DNA of 64,000 nucleotides, taken from contig OZ253496.1 of assembly GCA_965262115.1 (NCBI GenBank), positions 2,272,001-2,336,000 on the forward strand, given 5' to 3'. Shown piece after piece: positions 20,638-32,164 of the stretch. The first letter of the stretch is position 1, and each line of letters begins with the position of its first letter. Origin of the DNA: Nitrospinales bacterium. Lineage in GTDB: Bacteria; Nitrospinota; Nitrospinia; Nitrospinales; VA-1. The position numbers and the translations under genes are program-made. The notes beneath the pieces are model-generated. The model was not told where the DNA came from. It did no database searches and saw only the letters and a list, made by a program, of their open reading frames with translations.

Positions 20638-23600
20638 GTGTTCATTAAAGGTTCTTTATTCACCAGAGAGTTTTTGATTGATGGAATCCTGGAACATGAA
20701 GAATGGAAAAATCTTCAAGAAAGTGAAATCAATGATTTTCGAGCCAAACTTCGCGCGATATTTGCAGACTTCCCCATAAATGGAAACCCCATTGAATCGA
20801 CAACAGAGAAGGATTTAATTGAACCCGTAATCGAGGCTTTGGGGTGGGACTCCTACCTGACGCAACAGACCACCTCAAAAAAAGGGCGTAAAGACGTTCC
20901 GGACTATCTGTTATTCCCCAACGCAGGATTCAAGCAAAAAGCCAACAATGAAAAACAACAGGCCAAACGATATAGATATGGCCTTTCCATATTAGAAGCA
21001 AAAGCCTGGGAAGTTCCTTTAGACAAGAAAGGACAGGGAGAGGAATTTGACAGTCGAATTTCATCCAACCAGATTTTGCGGTATCTCAGTCGCGCGGATA
21101 TACAATCCAACGGAAATATTAAATGGGGCATTCTTACCAATGGAAGGAAATGGCGCTTGTATTTTCAGGATGCCCAATCCCGCTCGGAAGATTTTCTGGA
21201 AATTGATTTGCCCGCCACTCTTGGGCTCAAGGATATACAGATAGACCTGTTTGCATTTGAGGATTCCAAAGAACAAGACTGGCTGAAAGTGTTTTATATT
21301 CTTTTTGGCCGCAAAGCGTTTTTAAAAACTCCGCCGGAAAACTTATCTTTCCATTAGCGGGCTCTTGAACAGGGAAGGTTCTGGGAGTCCCAGGTCGCTC
21401 AAGACTTGAGCGAAGTGGTTTTTAAAGAAGTTTTTCCTCAGCTTGTCCGTTGCTTAAAGCGATATGATGGGGAAGCTCAGGAAACACCCACCTATCTTGA
21501 AGAGTTACGGGATTCCGCTTTAACCTTTTTTTACCGCCTGTTATTTGTCTTGTATGCGGAAGACAGGCACCTTTTGCCCGTCACCGATGCTAAATACGAT
21601 GACTATGGTTTGAGAAAACGGGTCAGGGAAGACATAGCAAAACGAATCGACATCAAGGATACCTTTAGCTCAACCTTGGATGAGTATTACCGAAGAACCT
21701 GCAATTTATTTAAAGCCATCGATAAAGGCGATTCCTCTATCGGTTTGCCTCCCTATAACGGCGGCTTGTTTGATATACAACAAAACCCCTTATTAAACCG
21801 TGTCGAAATACCGGATTCTGAATTCGCCCCACTCCTCGACAAACTTTCCCGAAGGCATAAAGAAGAAAACCCCAAGTGGATCAATTACCGGGATCTGTCT
21901 GTTCAACAACTGGGGTCTATCTACGAAAGACTGCTGGAGTTTGATCTGGTCTTGGACGATGAGGGAGCTTTGGAGATTCGCCCTAATATTTTTGCCCGCA
22001 AAACCAGAGGGAGTTATTACACGCCTGAAAGTTTGGTCAAATTAATCCTGGAAAAGGCCGTGGGGCCGTTGATCAATGAAAAGCTGGAAGTGTTTAAAAA
22101 CAAATCCGAAAAACTCAAAAAACAGAAATCATCAAAAAAAGAACGATTAAAGGTTTTGAAGGAGTTAGACCCCACCTCCGCCATTCTGGATTTAAAAATA
22201 TGCGATCCCGCTATGGGGAGCGGACATTTTCTGGTATCTCTTGTCGATTATCTGGCAGACCGTATTTTGGAATCCCTCGTTGAGTCAGAAGAAATTGTGG
22301 ACTGGGCAGACAGTCCCTACGCCTCGCCTTTATTTGAGAAAATCAATTCAATCCGCGAGCAAATAAAAAAGCAGGCAAAAGAGCATGGCTGGGCGGTGGA
22401 CGAAGACCAATTGGACGACCGGCATATTATCAGAAGGATGATCCTGAAACGTTGCGTGTTCGGGGTGGATAAAAATCCTATGGCGGTTGAACTGGCGAAG
22501 GTTTCGCTTTGGCTGCACACCTTCACCGTTGGCGCGCCGCTTTCGTTTCTGGACCATCACCTCAAATTCGGCGATTCCCTTTTTGGCGAGTTTGTTCGCG
22601 GAACCGAGGATTATCTGGAAGCAAGGGGAAGCATGTTCATCACCCAGGCGGTCAGCCAAGCAAAAGCCACAGCAAAAGGCATGGCAATGATCGAACAAAT
22701 TACCGATGCGGATATTTCGGAGGTTAAAGATTCGGCAGAAAAGTTTAGAGTGGTCGAAAAAGTCACCGGCCCTTTAAGCCACTTCTTTGGTTTTATCCAT
22801 GCCATCCGATGGATGGATATTAAAGATAAGGAAACTAAAGCGGCTGTCCAGGATATTCTGGACGGTCACGCGGGAGACCCCATCAAGCTGGCATCGGGGA
22901 AAATAAAAATTCCGGATGACGCTAAAAGTATTATCAAAAACGTATTTCAAAATGCCAGAGAACTCGATGAGGAAGAACGTTTTTTGCATTGGGAAATCGC
23001 CTTCCCCGGAGTCTGGGATAAATGGGAAAGCCCGGAACCCAAAGGAGGCTTTGACGCGGTGATCGGTAATCCCCCGTGGGACCGAATCAAATTGCAGGAA
23101 GTGGAGTGGTTTGCCTCAAGAAAGCTGGAAATTGCCCAAGTTGCACGTGCCAGTGATCGCAAGAAAGGGATTAAGAAATTAGAAAAAAAAGGAGACCCCC
23201 TTTGGCTGGATTATCTAAAAGCTGGAGAACGGGCTCAGTCGATGGCGGCTCAGGCCCGAAAAGGGGGGAACTATCCCTTATTATCAGTGGGTGACATAAA
23301 TATTTATTCTCTTTTCATCGAACGGGCGCACCGGCTTGTTAAGCCCAACGGAATAATAGGTTTGTTGACTCCTTCCGGAATCGCTTCCGATAAAGGCGCC
23401 AGTAAATTTTTTAAATCCATCTCCACGCAGGGCAGGCTCGCCGGGTTCTTTGATTTCGAGAATAAAAAAATATTTTTCCCGGATATTCATGCCTCCTTCA
23501 AGTTTTGTGCATATATAGCTGGAGGAAAAAACAGAAAGTTCGTCGAAACCCGGATGGCCTTCTTCCTCCATAACGCAGATGAACTACAAGACCCGGACCG

Positions 23601-24696
23601 TTGTTTCACCCTCACCCCGGAAGATTTCAACCGCGTCAACCCCAACACCGGCACCGCCCCCATATTTCGCACTCAAAAAGACGCGCAAATCACTCGAAGA
23701 ATTTACGAAAAGTTCCCCATACTTCACAATCATGAAACGGGAAAAGTTTGGCCGATTAAATACCACACTATGTTCCACATGACCAATGATTCGCATTTAT
23801 TTAAGACACAGGAGGAACTGGAGAAGGATGGTTTCTACCCGGTGGAAGGAAACCGTCTGAAGAAAGGTAATACCGAGTTTAGCCCTCTATACGTTGGGAA
23901 AATGGTTCACCATTATGACCACCGTGCTTCCCCGGTGGAGGTCAATTTGGAAAATGTTCACAATGCTGCATTGAGCGAAGGAACAAGGGCTGAACAACAT
24001 GCCAATACATCTTTTTACATCAAACCTCAATTCTGGGTTGATGCTGGAGAAGTTGAATTGCAGGGGAATTTGGAATGGGTGATGGCTTTTCGGGATATAG
24101 CCAGGACGACCGATGCAAGAACGCTTATTACAACAGTTATCCCAAAATATGGAGTTGGTAATACTTGGCCTTTAATATTGCCTGGTGCTTTAGAAGATAC
24201 TCTTGAGTACAAAAATTTTTGTGTCTTACTATTGGCAAATATGAACTCGTTTGTGTTTGACTATATTGTTAGGCAAAAAGTGCAATCAACCCATGCAAAC
24301 TGGTACATAGTCGAACAACTCCCTGTGATTCCTCTGGAGAGATTCGAGAAAAAAATCGGCAAGATAAAAATTGCTAATTTTGTTCGGGATCAGGTTTTAA
24401 GGCTCACCTACACAGCCTGGGATATGCAGCCCTTCGCTCAAGACATGGGGTATGAGGGCGATCCATTCATCTGGGATGAAGAAGACCGCCGCCACCGCAA
24501 GGCGAAAATTGACGCCCTGTTTTTCAATCTTTACGAAATCAGCGATGAAGATGCCGCCTATATTATGGAGACTTTCCCCATAGTGAAACGTGATGATGAA
24601 AAAGCTTTTGACGGCAGGTATTACACTAAAGACCTTATTCTGGCTTATATGAAAGCCCTGAAAGCCGGGGACACGGAAGCTAAGATAAAATTGTGA
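20638..24696 (+). pseudogene. Type IIG/IIL (Eco57I/MmeI-like) fused restriction-methyltransferase split by an in-frame TAG at 21355-21357
   Basis: both ORFs are in the same frame; nuclease PD..EAK and WGILTNG in the first; GSYYTP, DPAMGSGHFL, GNPPW and a TRD-like C-terminus in the second. Confidence 0.88.
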
Positions 24697-25470
24697 TTAT
24701 CCTGTTTCTTTTTCGGTCTTATTTAAGGATTTTGCCAAAAAACTGATGAATGAAATTTGCTCTAATGCATTTTCTGGATCATCATCAATTAAACCATGAG
24801 CTCGCGGGTTTCTTAAGGCTGACATTACACCTGCAAATAAAAACATCATTCCTCGTTGCTCACTTTTTTCTGAATCTGTCTTTAATTCGTTAAACTTTAG
24901 AATCGGTTTGTCTGGGCTGAAGACTTTTAGCATTAAATCTGTTCCATCAAGATCATCCCTTCCACTACGTAATTTTACCAAAAGGTTTAATGCTTTACAC
25001 GCATCTCCAATGGCATTTGAATAATGTTCGTCCTTGAATAAGTCGGCAGAGGATCTTTCAATTTCAGGATGAAGTGTCAAGTCATCAAATGCCTTTAAAG
25101 CTTTTCCACTTTGTGTTTCCCCCAAGTCATCAAGGTTTTCTTTAAACAAATCAATAATTGTTGTTAAGTTAGATATAGCACTTTCTATATTAGCCCTTAT
25201 AGCCTCTTTCACTTTATGCAACGGAGTCTGCCCCGTGTGTAGATTAAATATATCTAAACTAAAAACCTTGTATTGGTCATATTCTATGGTGTTGGCCCCA
25301 AAGATACCCCTTAATGTATCGTTCACTTTGTTTTTTAGTGATTCAAGGTGGGGTTCATATTCTTTTTGAACGGCATCGACATCTATTTCTTTTAATTCAA
25401 TTATCCTGCGCTCTAATTTAGGAATAGCAGTTTTCATTTGGGTTGGGTTTAAATCAGCTGATTTTGGCAT
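24697..25470 (-). CDS. TIGR02391-family protein
   Basis: LHPEI...LF..Y..A, DGTDLM..VFS, EQRG...LFAG...ALRNPRAH; AT-rich. Confidence 0.8.
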   Translation of the reverse strand: MPKSADLNPTQMKTAIPKLERRIIELKEIDVDAVQKEYEPHLESLKNKVNDTLRGIFGANTIEYDQYKVFSLDIFNLHTGQTPLHKVKEAIRANIESAISNLTTIIDLFKENLDDLGETQSGKALKAFDDLTLHPEIERSSADLFKDEHYSNAIGDACKALNLLVKLRSGRDDLDGTDLMLKVFSPDKPILKFNELKTDSEKSEQRGMMFLFAGVMSALRNPRAHGLIDDDPENALEQISFISFLAKSLNKTEKETG

Positions 25471-25665
25471 TAAAAATTCCTTATTATGGGTTCTCGTTTT
25501 ATGCGGTGTGGGTGGGGTGAGATGTTTGTTACCACCACAATAGTGAATCGGAGCGGTGGGTCCTATCCTGAAATTCCTATAGAGTCTCCATGTGGCTTTA
25601 GTTCGCTATACCTTGACATAAGTTTTTCCGTAACGGTAGATAGCCGACCCCGTAGGACCAAGTTA

Positions 25666-25683
25666 CCAGCGGAGGTACTCCGC
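25666..25683. repeat. CCAGCGGAGGYACTCCGC hairpin repeat (also 29776-29793, 29846-29863)
   Basis: direct sequence comparison. Confidence 0.8.
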
Positions 25684-26342
25684 TAGAAAACCTTGAGTTT
25701 TTCCAGCTTGGTGAGTTTCGCGGAATTTTTTAAAGCCGCTTTGGCTTCTTCAGATTTAACCCGGTTGCCCCCCAGATGCAGATAGGTCAGATTGCAGAGA
25801 TTGTCTGAATTGGCGATGGCCAAAGCGCCCTCATCTCCGACCCGGTTATCAACCAGGTTCAGGTATTCAACTTTTGTCAGCACAGAAGATTGGGCCAGGG
25901 CTTTGGCGCCTTCCGCGGTAATGCCGTTGCATTCCAGGTTCAGGGTCACCAATTCTGAAAAAACTTCTGCTTGGGCGATGATTTTAGCGCTTTCATCTCC
26001 AAGGTTGTTGGAACCCAAATGCAGGTCTTTAACTTTAGGAAGGAACGGGGACGCGGCGAGAATTTTTACCCCATCCGGTCCAAGATGATTATGCGTAAGG
26101 ATCACGCTGGAGATGGTTTTGATGAAATGGAAGTTGGCGATCATTGTAGCCAGATCGGGGCCGTGATTTTCTTCGATTTTCCCGGTTTTGGAAAACAGGT
26201 AGGCATCCTGGATTTTAAGAACTTTTTTGTCCTTAATACTTTCAAATAGGATTTTTTCTTTTGGCGAAAGGTCTTTTCCTTCACCGCCATAGTTTTCACC
26301 GTCGTTACACAGTTCCTCCCAGTTCTTGACCTTGTCTTGCAT
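25683..26342 (-). CDS. leucine-rich repeat protein (RI-like)
   Basis: LRR units; start placed at MQDKV just after the Sel1 gene stop. Confidence 0.85.
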   Translation of the reverse strand: MQDKVKNWEELCNDGENYGGEGKDLSPKEKILFESIKDKKVLKIQDAYLFSKTGKIEENHGPDLATMIANFHFIKTISSVILTHNHLGPDGVKILAASPFLPKVKDLHLGSNNLGDESAKIIAQAEVFSELVTLNLECNGITAEGAKALAQSSVLTKVEYLNLVDNRVGDEGALAIANSDNLCNLTYLHLGGNRVKSEEAKAALKNSAKLTKLEKLKVF

Positions 26343-26347
26343 AGTGC

Positions 26348-26806
26348 TTAGCGGGACAACCTCTTGTGTCGGGCGCAACCCGAACCATTGCCCATATCAC
26401 AAGCCTTTAAATAAAACTGTAGCGCCTTTTTCTGGCGTCCCTCCTTATAGTTCAGGCTGCCCAGGTTGAAGCAGGCCGGGTCTTCACCCGCGTCACAGGC
26501 CTTGGTATACATTTTTCGTGCGGCTTTGAACTCCTTGCTGTAGGGATTCCCTTTCATTGCCAGGAGATTGCCACCGTTGGTGCATCCGGTCATATAGCCG
26601 GCATCACAGGACTTGGCGTAAAACTCGAGGGCTGTCTTCAGGTCTCGCTCGATAACGCGATAGCGTTCGCCCATTTTAAAACACGCTGTTGAATTGCCTT
26701 TTTCACACAGTGCTCTTTTTTTTGCGGTCTCTTTATCATCGCCAGCCCAGACTCCAGACATCTGGACAAAAATAGCCAATACCGTTAAAAATATAATTTT
26801 TTTCAC
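26348..26806 (-). CDS. secreted Cys-rich Sel1-like repeat protein (Hcp-like)
   Basis: signal peptide; Y.KACD.G...AC..LG repeats. Confidence 0.85.
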   Translation of the reverse strand: MKKIIFLTVLAIFVQMSGVWAGDDKETAKKRALCEKGNSTACFKMGERYRVIERDLKTALEFYAKSCDAGYMTGCTNGGNLLAMKGNPYSKEFKAARKMYTKACDAGEDPACFNLGSLNYKEGRQKKALQFYLKACDMGNGSGCARHKRLSR

Positions 26807-27065
26807 AATTTGCCCTTTCCCTGCTGAATGGTTAGCCCAAGAGAATGTGAAAAATGGGTTCTCCGAGAAACCCGATTATACCATAGGGGGTTTATGTAAG
26901 AAGAAAAAGACAGTCTTTCCCTAAAGTAAGGTTTCATTTGCATCGGTAGAAATATTGCTTTACTCTTTTTGCGTTATTGAAAACAAAGCATTTTAGAGAG
27001 TCAGATTCTGTCAGGGCCACTAAAAAAAACCTTGAGAAGTCTGCACCCATACAGGATACAGGTCG

Positions 27066-27590
27066 TTGAATATTGTCATGCTGGGTTACAGAGGAACCGG
27101 AAAATCGGTGATTGCAAAAATTCTTTCTAAAGAACTGCGGAGAAAACTGTATCGGGTGGATGATTTGATTGTCCAAACTGCCGGGAAATCCATCCCCGAA
27201 ATTGTTGAGCAAGAAGGCTGGCCGGGTTTTCGAAAATTGGAATCAGAAATTGTGGGCCGGGTGGTCGGGGAGGCTCAGGACGGTATTATTGATTGCGGTG
27301 GGGGAGTGGTGCTTGACGACAATAATATAGCTCTCCTGAAAAGAGAGGAAAAATGTGTTCTACTCACGGCGAGCTTGTCTACAATCATCCGCAGGATCAA
27401 AAAAGACCGTAACCGCCCTGCTCTTAAAGAAGGTCTCAGTTTTGAGGAAGAACAGAAAAAAACTCTTGCCGAAAGGCATGAAAAATACCAGTCTGCTGCG
27501 GATTTTATTTGCGACACCACCAGCCGAAGACCAGGAGAAACAGCTCATGAAATCATCGCCTTTTTAAAAGAGCAAGGATGGCTGAAATGA
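27066..27590 (+). CDS. aroK: shikimate kinase
   Basis: GYRGTGKS P-loop, GWPGFRKLE, CGGG, RPAL. Confidence 0.92.
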   Translation: MNIVMLGYRGTGKSVIAKILSKELRRKLYRVDDLIVQTAGKSIPEIVEQEGWPGFRKLESEIVGRVVGEAQDGIIDCGGGVVLDDNNIALLKREEKCVLLTASLSTIIRRIKKDRNRPALKEGLSFEEEQKKTLAERHEKYQSAADFICDTTSRRPGETAHEIIAFLKEQGWLK

Positions 27591-28399
27591 TAAGTCCTCT
27601 TTTTGAAAGCCTGATCAAAAACAGCTTGACGATTCTGGCTGATGAACCGGACGACTCCACCGCCATGGTCTGGAGCGAGGCTGAGGCCAATGCCGAGATT
27701 GAAAGCAGCGAAAAGGCTATCTATAAGCTCGACCTCATTGACAAGGAAGTTCTCATAGAAGAAGTCGAGGACCTTTTGGCCTACGACACAATCCGCAAGG
27801 TTAAGGAATTGTGGCTGGATAAAAATGAATTTGGCAATGAGGGGGTAGAGGCACTGGCAAATTCGCCCCAGCTAAAAAAACTGATGGTTCTTTCCCTGGC
27901 TCATAACAAACTCACGAACTACTCAGCGCAATCCATAGCCGCGTCACCTTATCTGGGCCATCTACAAAAACTTTTTCTCCAGAGTAACCGGATCGGTCTT
28001 GAAGGCTTGAAAGCGTTGACGGAGTCAGAAGTTCTTTCCAATCTGCAATTGCTTTACCTCAACCTCAATCCGGTAGGACCTGCCGGTGCGGAGATTCTTG
28101 CGGGAGAATCTAAATTGCAAAACCTGCGCGAACTTTATCTGCAAAAAACGGGTTTGGGAATAGGGGGCGTTAAGGTGTTATGCGAGTCCAAAAACTTTCA
28201 GGAACTGACTCTATTGTCCCTTGCGGCAAACGGATTGGAAGATAGCGCTGTGGATTTGCTTTGCTGTTCAGAGGCGTTCCCCCGTTTAATCACTCTTGAC
28301 CTGTACCAAAACCGGATCAGTGATCGGGCTGTGGATCAACTTAAGGCCTCCCCCAACCTTAAAAGCGTCCGGGCGTTTCAGGTAGACTGGCGAGGGTGA
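27578..28399 (+). CDS. leucine-rich repeat protein (RI-like)
   Basis: LRR units. Confidence 0.85.
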   Translation: MAEMISPLFESLIKNSLTILADEPDDSTAMVWSEAEANAEIESSEKAIYKLDLIDKEVLIEEVEDLLAYDTIRKVKELWLDKNEFGNEGVEALANSPQLKKLMVLSLAHNKLTNYSAQSIAASPYLGHLQKLFLQSNRIGLEGLKALTESEVLSNLQLLYLNLNPVGPAGAEILAGESKLQNLRELYLQKTGLGIGGVKVLCESKNFQELTLLSLAANGLEDSAVDLLCCSEAFPRLITLDLYQNRISDRAVDQLKASPNLKSVRAFQVDWRG

Positions 28400-29028
28400 C
28401 TGAAATGCCGCTCCCCAGTAAAAAAATAATCCTGAAACATTTTGATGAGAGAGACGCCGTGATGGCCGGTGTGATACGCCGGATGGGTCCCTTCAAGCTG
28501 AAACGGAACCGAAATTATTTTCAGGTATTATGTAAAGCCATTGTTGCGCAACAGATTTCGACGAAAGCCGCGGAATCCATCACTCATCGTTTTCAAAATC
28601 TTTTTATTGGTAGCCGGCCCACTCCGAAAAAAGTACAGGGCTTGTCAGGAAAACAATTGCGGGAAGCGGGCCTGTCGAGCCAAAAGGTGAAGTATATGAA
28701 AGACCTCAGCGCGAAATTTCTCGATGGCAGTGTTCGCCCTCACCGTATGGCTTATCAGGACAATGAAGAAATTATCCGGCAGTTGACCGATATTTATGGC
28801 GTTGGACGGTGGACGGCGGAGATGTTCCTGATCTTTTCTCTGAATCGGCTGGATGTTTTGCCGGTTGGGGATTTAGGGCTCCGGGCTGGGTTGAGACAAC
28901 TCTATAACATGAGGGCCTTGCCCACTCCCGATCGAGTGCGTACTTTGGGAAAAAAATGGCAACCTTTTGAAACAGTGGGAACCTGGTATACCTGGCGTAT
29001 GCTGGACGAGGGAATTGTGGCGTATTAA
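28396..29028 (+). CDS. DNA-3-methyladenine glycosylase II (AlkA family)
   Basis: IVAQQIS, HhH GVGRWTAEM, LPVGD. Confidence 0.92.
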   Translation: MTEMPLPSKKIILKHFDERDAVMAGVIRRMGPFKLKRNRNYFQVLCKAIVAQQISTKAAESITHRFQNLFIGSRPTPKKVQGLSGKQLREAGLSSQKVKYMKDLSAKFLDGSVRPHRMAYQDNEEIIRQLTDIYGVGRWTAEMFLIFSLNRLDVLPVGDLGLRAGLRQLYNMRALPTPDRVRTLGKKWQPFETVGTWYTWRMLDEGIVAY

Positions 29029-29061
29029 GAGTGTCTCTTTAAGAAATTTGCGGGAGGGTAC

Positions 29062-29694
29062 ATGGACTTCATTGATGAAAATATAGAAAAATATGCTTTT
29101 GACCACACCAGTGAGGAAGGTGAACTGTTAAGAAGGCTGGAAGAGGAAACCTACGAAAAACTGGAAATTCCTCAGATGACGACAGGCAGGCTAGAGGCTC
29201 GGCTTTTGAAACTGCTGGCCCGGCTGGTTGGAGCTCGGCGTATTCTGGAAATAGGTACCTTTGGTGGGTACAGCGCCTTGTCGATGGCCGAAGCCTTGCC
29301 GGAGGATGGAGCTTTGGTGACCTGTGAAGTGGACCCTGTAGCGATTGCCTTTGCTCGGAAATATTTTTCTGAAAGCCCGCATGGAAAAAAAATAACCCTG
29401 CTGGAAGGCCCGGCGCTGGAAACGATCAAAACGCTGACAGGTCCGTTTGACATGGCCTTCATCGATGCGGACAAACAGAACTACAGTAATTATTATGAAG
29501 CCATCTTCCCATTGATTCGTCAGGGCGGATTGATCGCCGTGGATAACGTTCTGTGGAGTGGCCGGGTGCTTGATCCAAAAGACGATTCAGACAAGGCCAT
29601 CCACCAGTTCAATGAGAGGGTCATTAAGGACCAGCGGGTTGAATCGGTTCTGTTGACAGTGCGGGATGGCTTGAATTGCATCATAAAGAATTGA
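29062..29694 (+). CDS. class I SAM O-methyltransferase (CCoAOMT-like)
   Basis: LEIGTFGGYS, FIDADK, DNVLW. Confidence 0.92.
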   Translation: MDFIDENIEKYAFDHTSEEGELLRRLEEETYEKLEIPQMTTGRLEARLLKLLARLVGARRILEIGTFGGYSALSMAEALPEDGALVTCEVDPVAIAFARKYFSESPHGKKITLLEGPALETIKTLTGPFDMAFIDADKQNYSNYYEAIFPLIRQGGLIAVDNVLWSGRVLDPKDDSDKAIHQFNERVIKDQRVESVLLTVRDGLNCIIKN

Positions 29695-29890
29695 CCACTT
29701 GGCAGGGGAGGCCACTGGCAGTAACTCGTTGGGCCAAGAATCCGATTGAGGGCGAGTTGAAGATATTGCCGTTTGCCAGCGGAGGCACTCCGCTTGCCTC
29801 TCCGGCACGGGGTGTGTTAGTTTGGAAAAAAGGCGTTGCTCATTACCAGCGGAGGTACTCCGCCATTAACTCGAATTCAAAATATTTTTT

Positions 29891-30373
29891 ATGGCAGAAA
29901 CTTTAGGCAGTCTGGTTGATAAACTTTCAATTAAAAACCTGCGCATCTGGCATCTGGATGAGGCGTTGGAAAATGCAGAAACTTCAGAACGGCAAGAGCT
30001 CCGGGAAAAACGAGATCTGGCTGAGAGGCAGAGGCAGGATCTAATGAAAGAGGTGGATGGCTTTCTTGGCGCAGCGCTCAGGGGGGAAGTGCGTATTCGG
30101 GATGAAAAAATCAAGATGTATACCAACACCAATGTCTCGTCCTCCGAGGCAATCAAAGAGTTGGGCAATGCGGTGAGCGAGTTGGCTTGCCGAAATATCA
30201 AGCTCTGGCATTTGGAAGACGAGGTCCGCAGAACAGATTTGCCGGATGCCACAATTGTTCAAACCAAAAGGAAGATCGACGCGACCAATCAGGAACGCAA
30301 TGACCTTATGGATAAGGTCGATGAGATTCTTTTCCACCGCTCCACCACTCGGCGTGGGGCCAGCGAGCAATAA
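29891..30373 (+). CDS. DUF4254-like protein with internal duplication
   Basis: ETLGSLVDKLSI.NLRIWHL and ELACRNIKLWHLEDEVR...NQERNDL. Confidence 0.7.
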   Translation: MAETLGSLVDKLSIKNLRIWHLDEALENAETSERQELREKRDLAERQRQDLMKEVDGFLGAALRGEVRIRDEKIKMYTNTNVSSSEAIKELGNAVSELACRNIKLWHLEDEVRRTDLPDATIVQTKRKIDATNQERNDLMDKVDEILFHRSTTRRGASEQ

Positions 30374-30540
30374 CATTTTATGGCGAGCAAAGAGTTATCT
30401 CGGCTTAATCAAGCCTTGGCCAGTTGCCTCCACGGTTAGCCGGGATATTGCATGAATGAACATTTACATAAGTGACTTTTTCTAACCAATAAAGCTATTG
30501 CTAATTTACTACCGGGCGTTGCCCGGCGTCGAGTGGGGGA

Positions 30541-31356
30541 TTAAAGATAGGTGTCGAGCAACTCTTTCCTTTTCTGGTCATATTCTTTTTCATCGATCAG
30601 GTTTTTCTCATGCAGGTTTTTGAGAAACTGAAGTTTCTCCTCCAGAGCGGGGTCAGGGCTTTTTGCGGGTGAGTTGCCTTTATTTACAGGTGCCCTTGAT
30701 AGAGCTTTCGTTTTATTTTTGGAAGATTGGGGGCTTTTCTGTTTGATATTTTTCTGCTGGGTAATTCTTTTCTTTTTCGAGGGAACCAACTTGGTAATGA
30801 TCCAGTTTTCCTGAGCCTGGGTTCCCAGAAGTTTGTGGACCGCATGATACTCTTGGCCTGACTGCGGAACCATTCGCCAATTGGTATTTCCAAAACTGGT
30901 ATAAGAGCGCCCGGAAAACGCCATCCCTTTAATTGAATCGAACCGCCAGTGAATGTATTTACCGTCCGCGAAGATATCTCCCGCAGTAGTTCCTCTGGGA
31001 GTCTCAAGTTCATAGTGAATGATTTTATGGTTTGGGACGCGCTGGATGGCTTTCGTGAGCAGTCGTCCAATGCGATCTAGATCCTGTGCAATAAATACGG
31101 TTTTTTTCTTGCCGAACAGAGACAGTTCTTCAAAGACCAGGGATTTTAGATACCTCCTAACGTCCACCTCCGATAAATTGACCGGATGGCTGAGTTGCAT
31201 TTTGTTGACAGGAGACCCTGCGGCAGATTTGTCCTTATAAGAGAGGGTGAACCCTTTGGTTTTGAGCTTTTTCTCCTTGGTCATCGCACAGCCTGAAACC
31301 AGCCCAAAGACCAAAGTCATGGTGATAATTAAAATTAGGTGTCGATGATGTTTCAT
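30541..31356 (-). CDS. lipoprotein with C-terminal SHOCT domain
   Basis: VSGC lipobox; LEEKLQFLKNLHEKNLIDEKEYDQKRKELL. Confidence 0.8.
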   Translation of the reverse strand: MKHHRHLILIITMTLVFGLVSGCAMTKEKKLKTKGFTLSYKDKSAAGSPVNKMQLSHPVNLSEVDVRRYLKSLVFEELSLFGKKKTVFIAQDLDRIGRLLTKAIQRVPNHKIIHYELETPRGTTAGDIFADGKYIHWRFDSIKGMAFSGRSYTSFGNTNWRMVPQSGQEYHAVHKLLGTQAQENWIITKLVPSKKKRITQQKNIKQKSPQSSKNKTKALSRAPVNKGNSPAKSPDPALEEKLQFLKNLHEKNLIDEKEYDQKRKELLDTYL

Positions 31357-31384
31357 GATTGCCAGTCAAAAAGCAAGTGAGGGG

Positions 31385-31945
31385 TCATAGCTTCCGCGCG
31401 ACCAGCGAGGCGAATGCTTTGAGATTCTCATCCACTTCCCGGTATCTTAAAATATGAAAATCGCTAAATGCCTGAAGCAATTCGTTAGCCTCCAAGACCC
31501 ATTCTTTTTTGAAACTGCTGTATTTCAGGTAGTCGAGGGTAAAGGTTTCGTAAAAAAGTAAACCGCCTGGCTTTAGTGTCTGGCGGATTCCCGAAAACAG
31601 CTTGCGATCCAGAAAGTTGAAACAGAGAACCAGATCGTATTCATTTTCCTTAAGAGAGTTATTATCCAGATCGGCGAGAACTGTTGTAATCTTAGCGTTT
31701 TTTTCCTGCGCCAGAGTCTGAGCTTTTCGTAAACCATTTTCTGATATGTCGAGGCAAGTGACTTCATAACCTTTACTGGCGGCAAAAACGGAATTCCTTC
31801 CTTCGCCGCCGGCGATGTCCAGGGCTTTTCCGTTTTGGTCCAGAAGCCCGGCGTTTTCTTCAATCCAGCCACTGGGTTCTTTGCCGGTTATGTATTCGTC
31901 GGCGTCGTATTTACTGTCCCATTTTTCTTTATCTTTCAAAGACAT
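31385..31945 (-). CDS. class I SAM methyltransferase (TehB-like)
   Basis: KWDSKY, ALDIAGGEGRNS, LKPGG. Confidence 0.85.
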   Translation of the reverse strand: MSLKDKEKWDSKYDADEYITGKEPSGWIEENAGLLDQNGKALDIAGGEGRNSVFAASKGYEVTCLDISENGLRKAQTLAQEKNAKITTVLADLDNNSLKENEYDLVLCFNFLDRKLFSGIRQTLKPGGLLFYETFTLDYLKYSSFKKEWVLEANELLQAFSDFHILRYREVDENLKAFASLVARKL

Positions 31946-32051
31946 GCGAGTTTTCCTGGGGCTGGATTTGTCCTTGGAATCATTGTATAATGCGGTCAAA
32001 TATTGAAAGCCAGCTTACAGGATATATTCCTTTGTGTCGATGGGCGTTTTC

Positions 32052-32080
32052 TTGACATGAGGAGCTTTTTTGCCTATTAT
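32052..32080 (+). promoter_or_regulatory. sigma70 promoter of rplU-rpmA-obgE
   Basis: TTGACA-17 nt-TATTAT. Confidence 0.7.
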
Positions 32081-32164
32081 AGCCGTTTTATCCAATGTTG
32101 GGACGGATGGGGGTTTTCCTGAGTGGAACCGCCCTTATTGTTTGAATTTAAGGAGTGACTGGAA

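Noticed and set aside
21355..21357. Pyrrolysine or recoded TAG
   Set aside because: TAG terminates ordinary genes here (rpsU, csp, glgC, hup) and no pyl genes are visible.
25486..25686. 66-aa ORF at the islet edge
   Set aside because: No RBS or motif; it ends inside a hairpin repeat.
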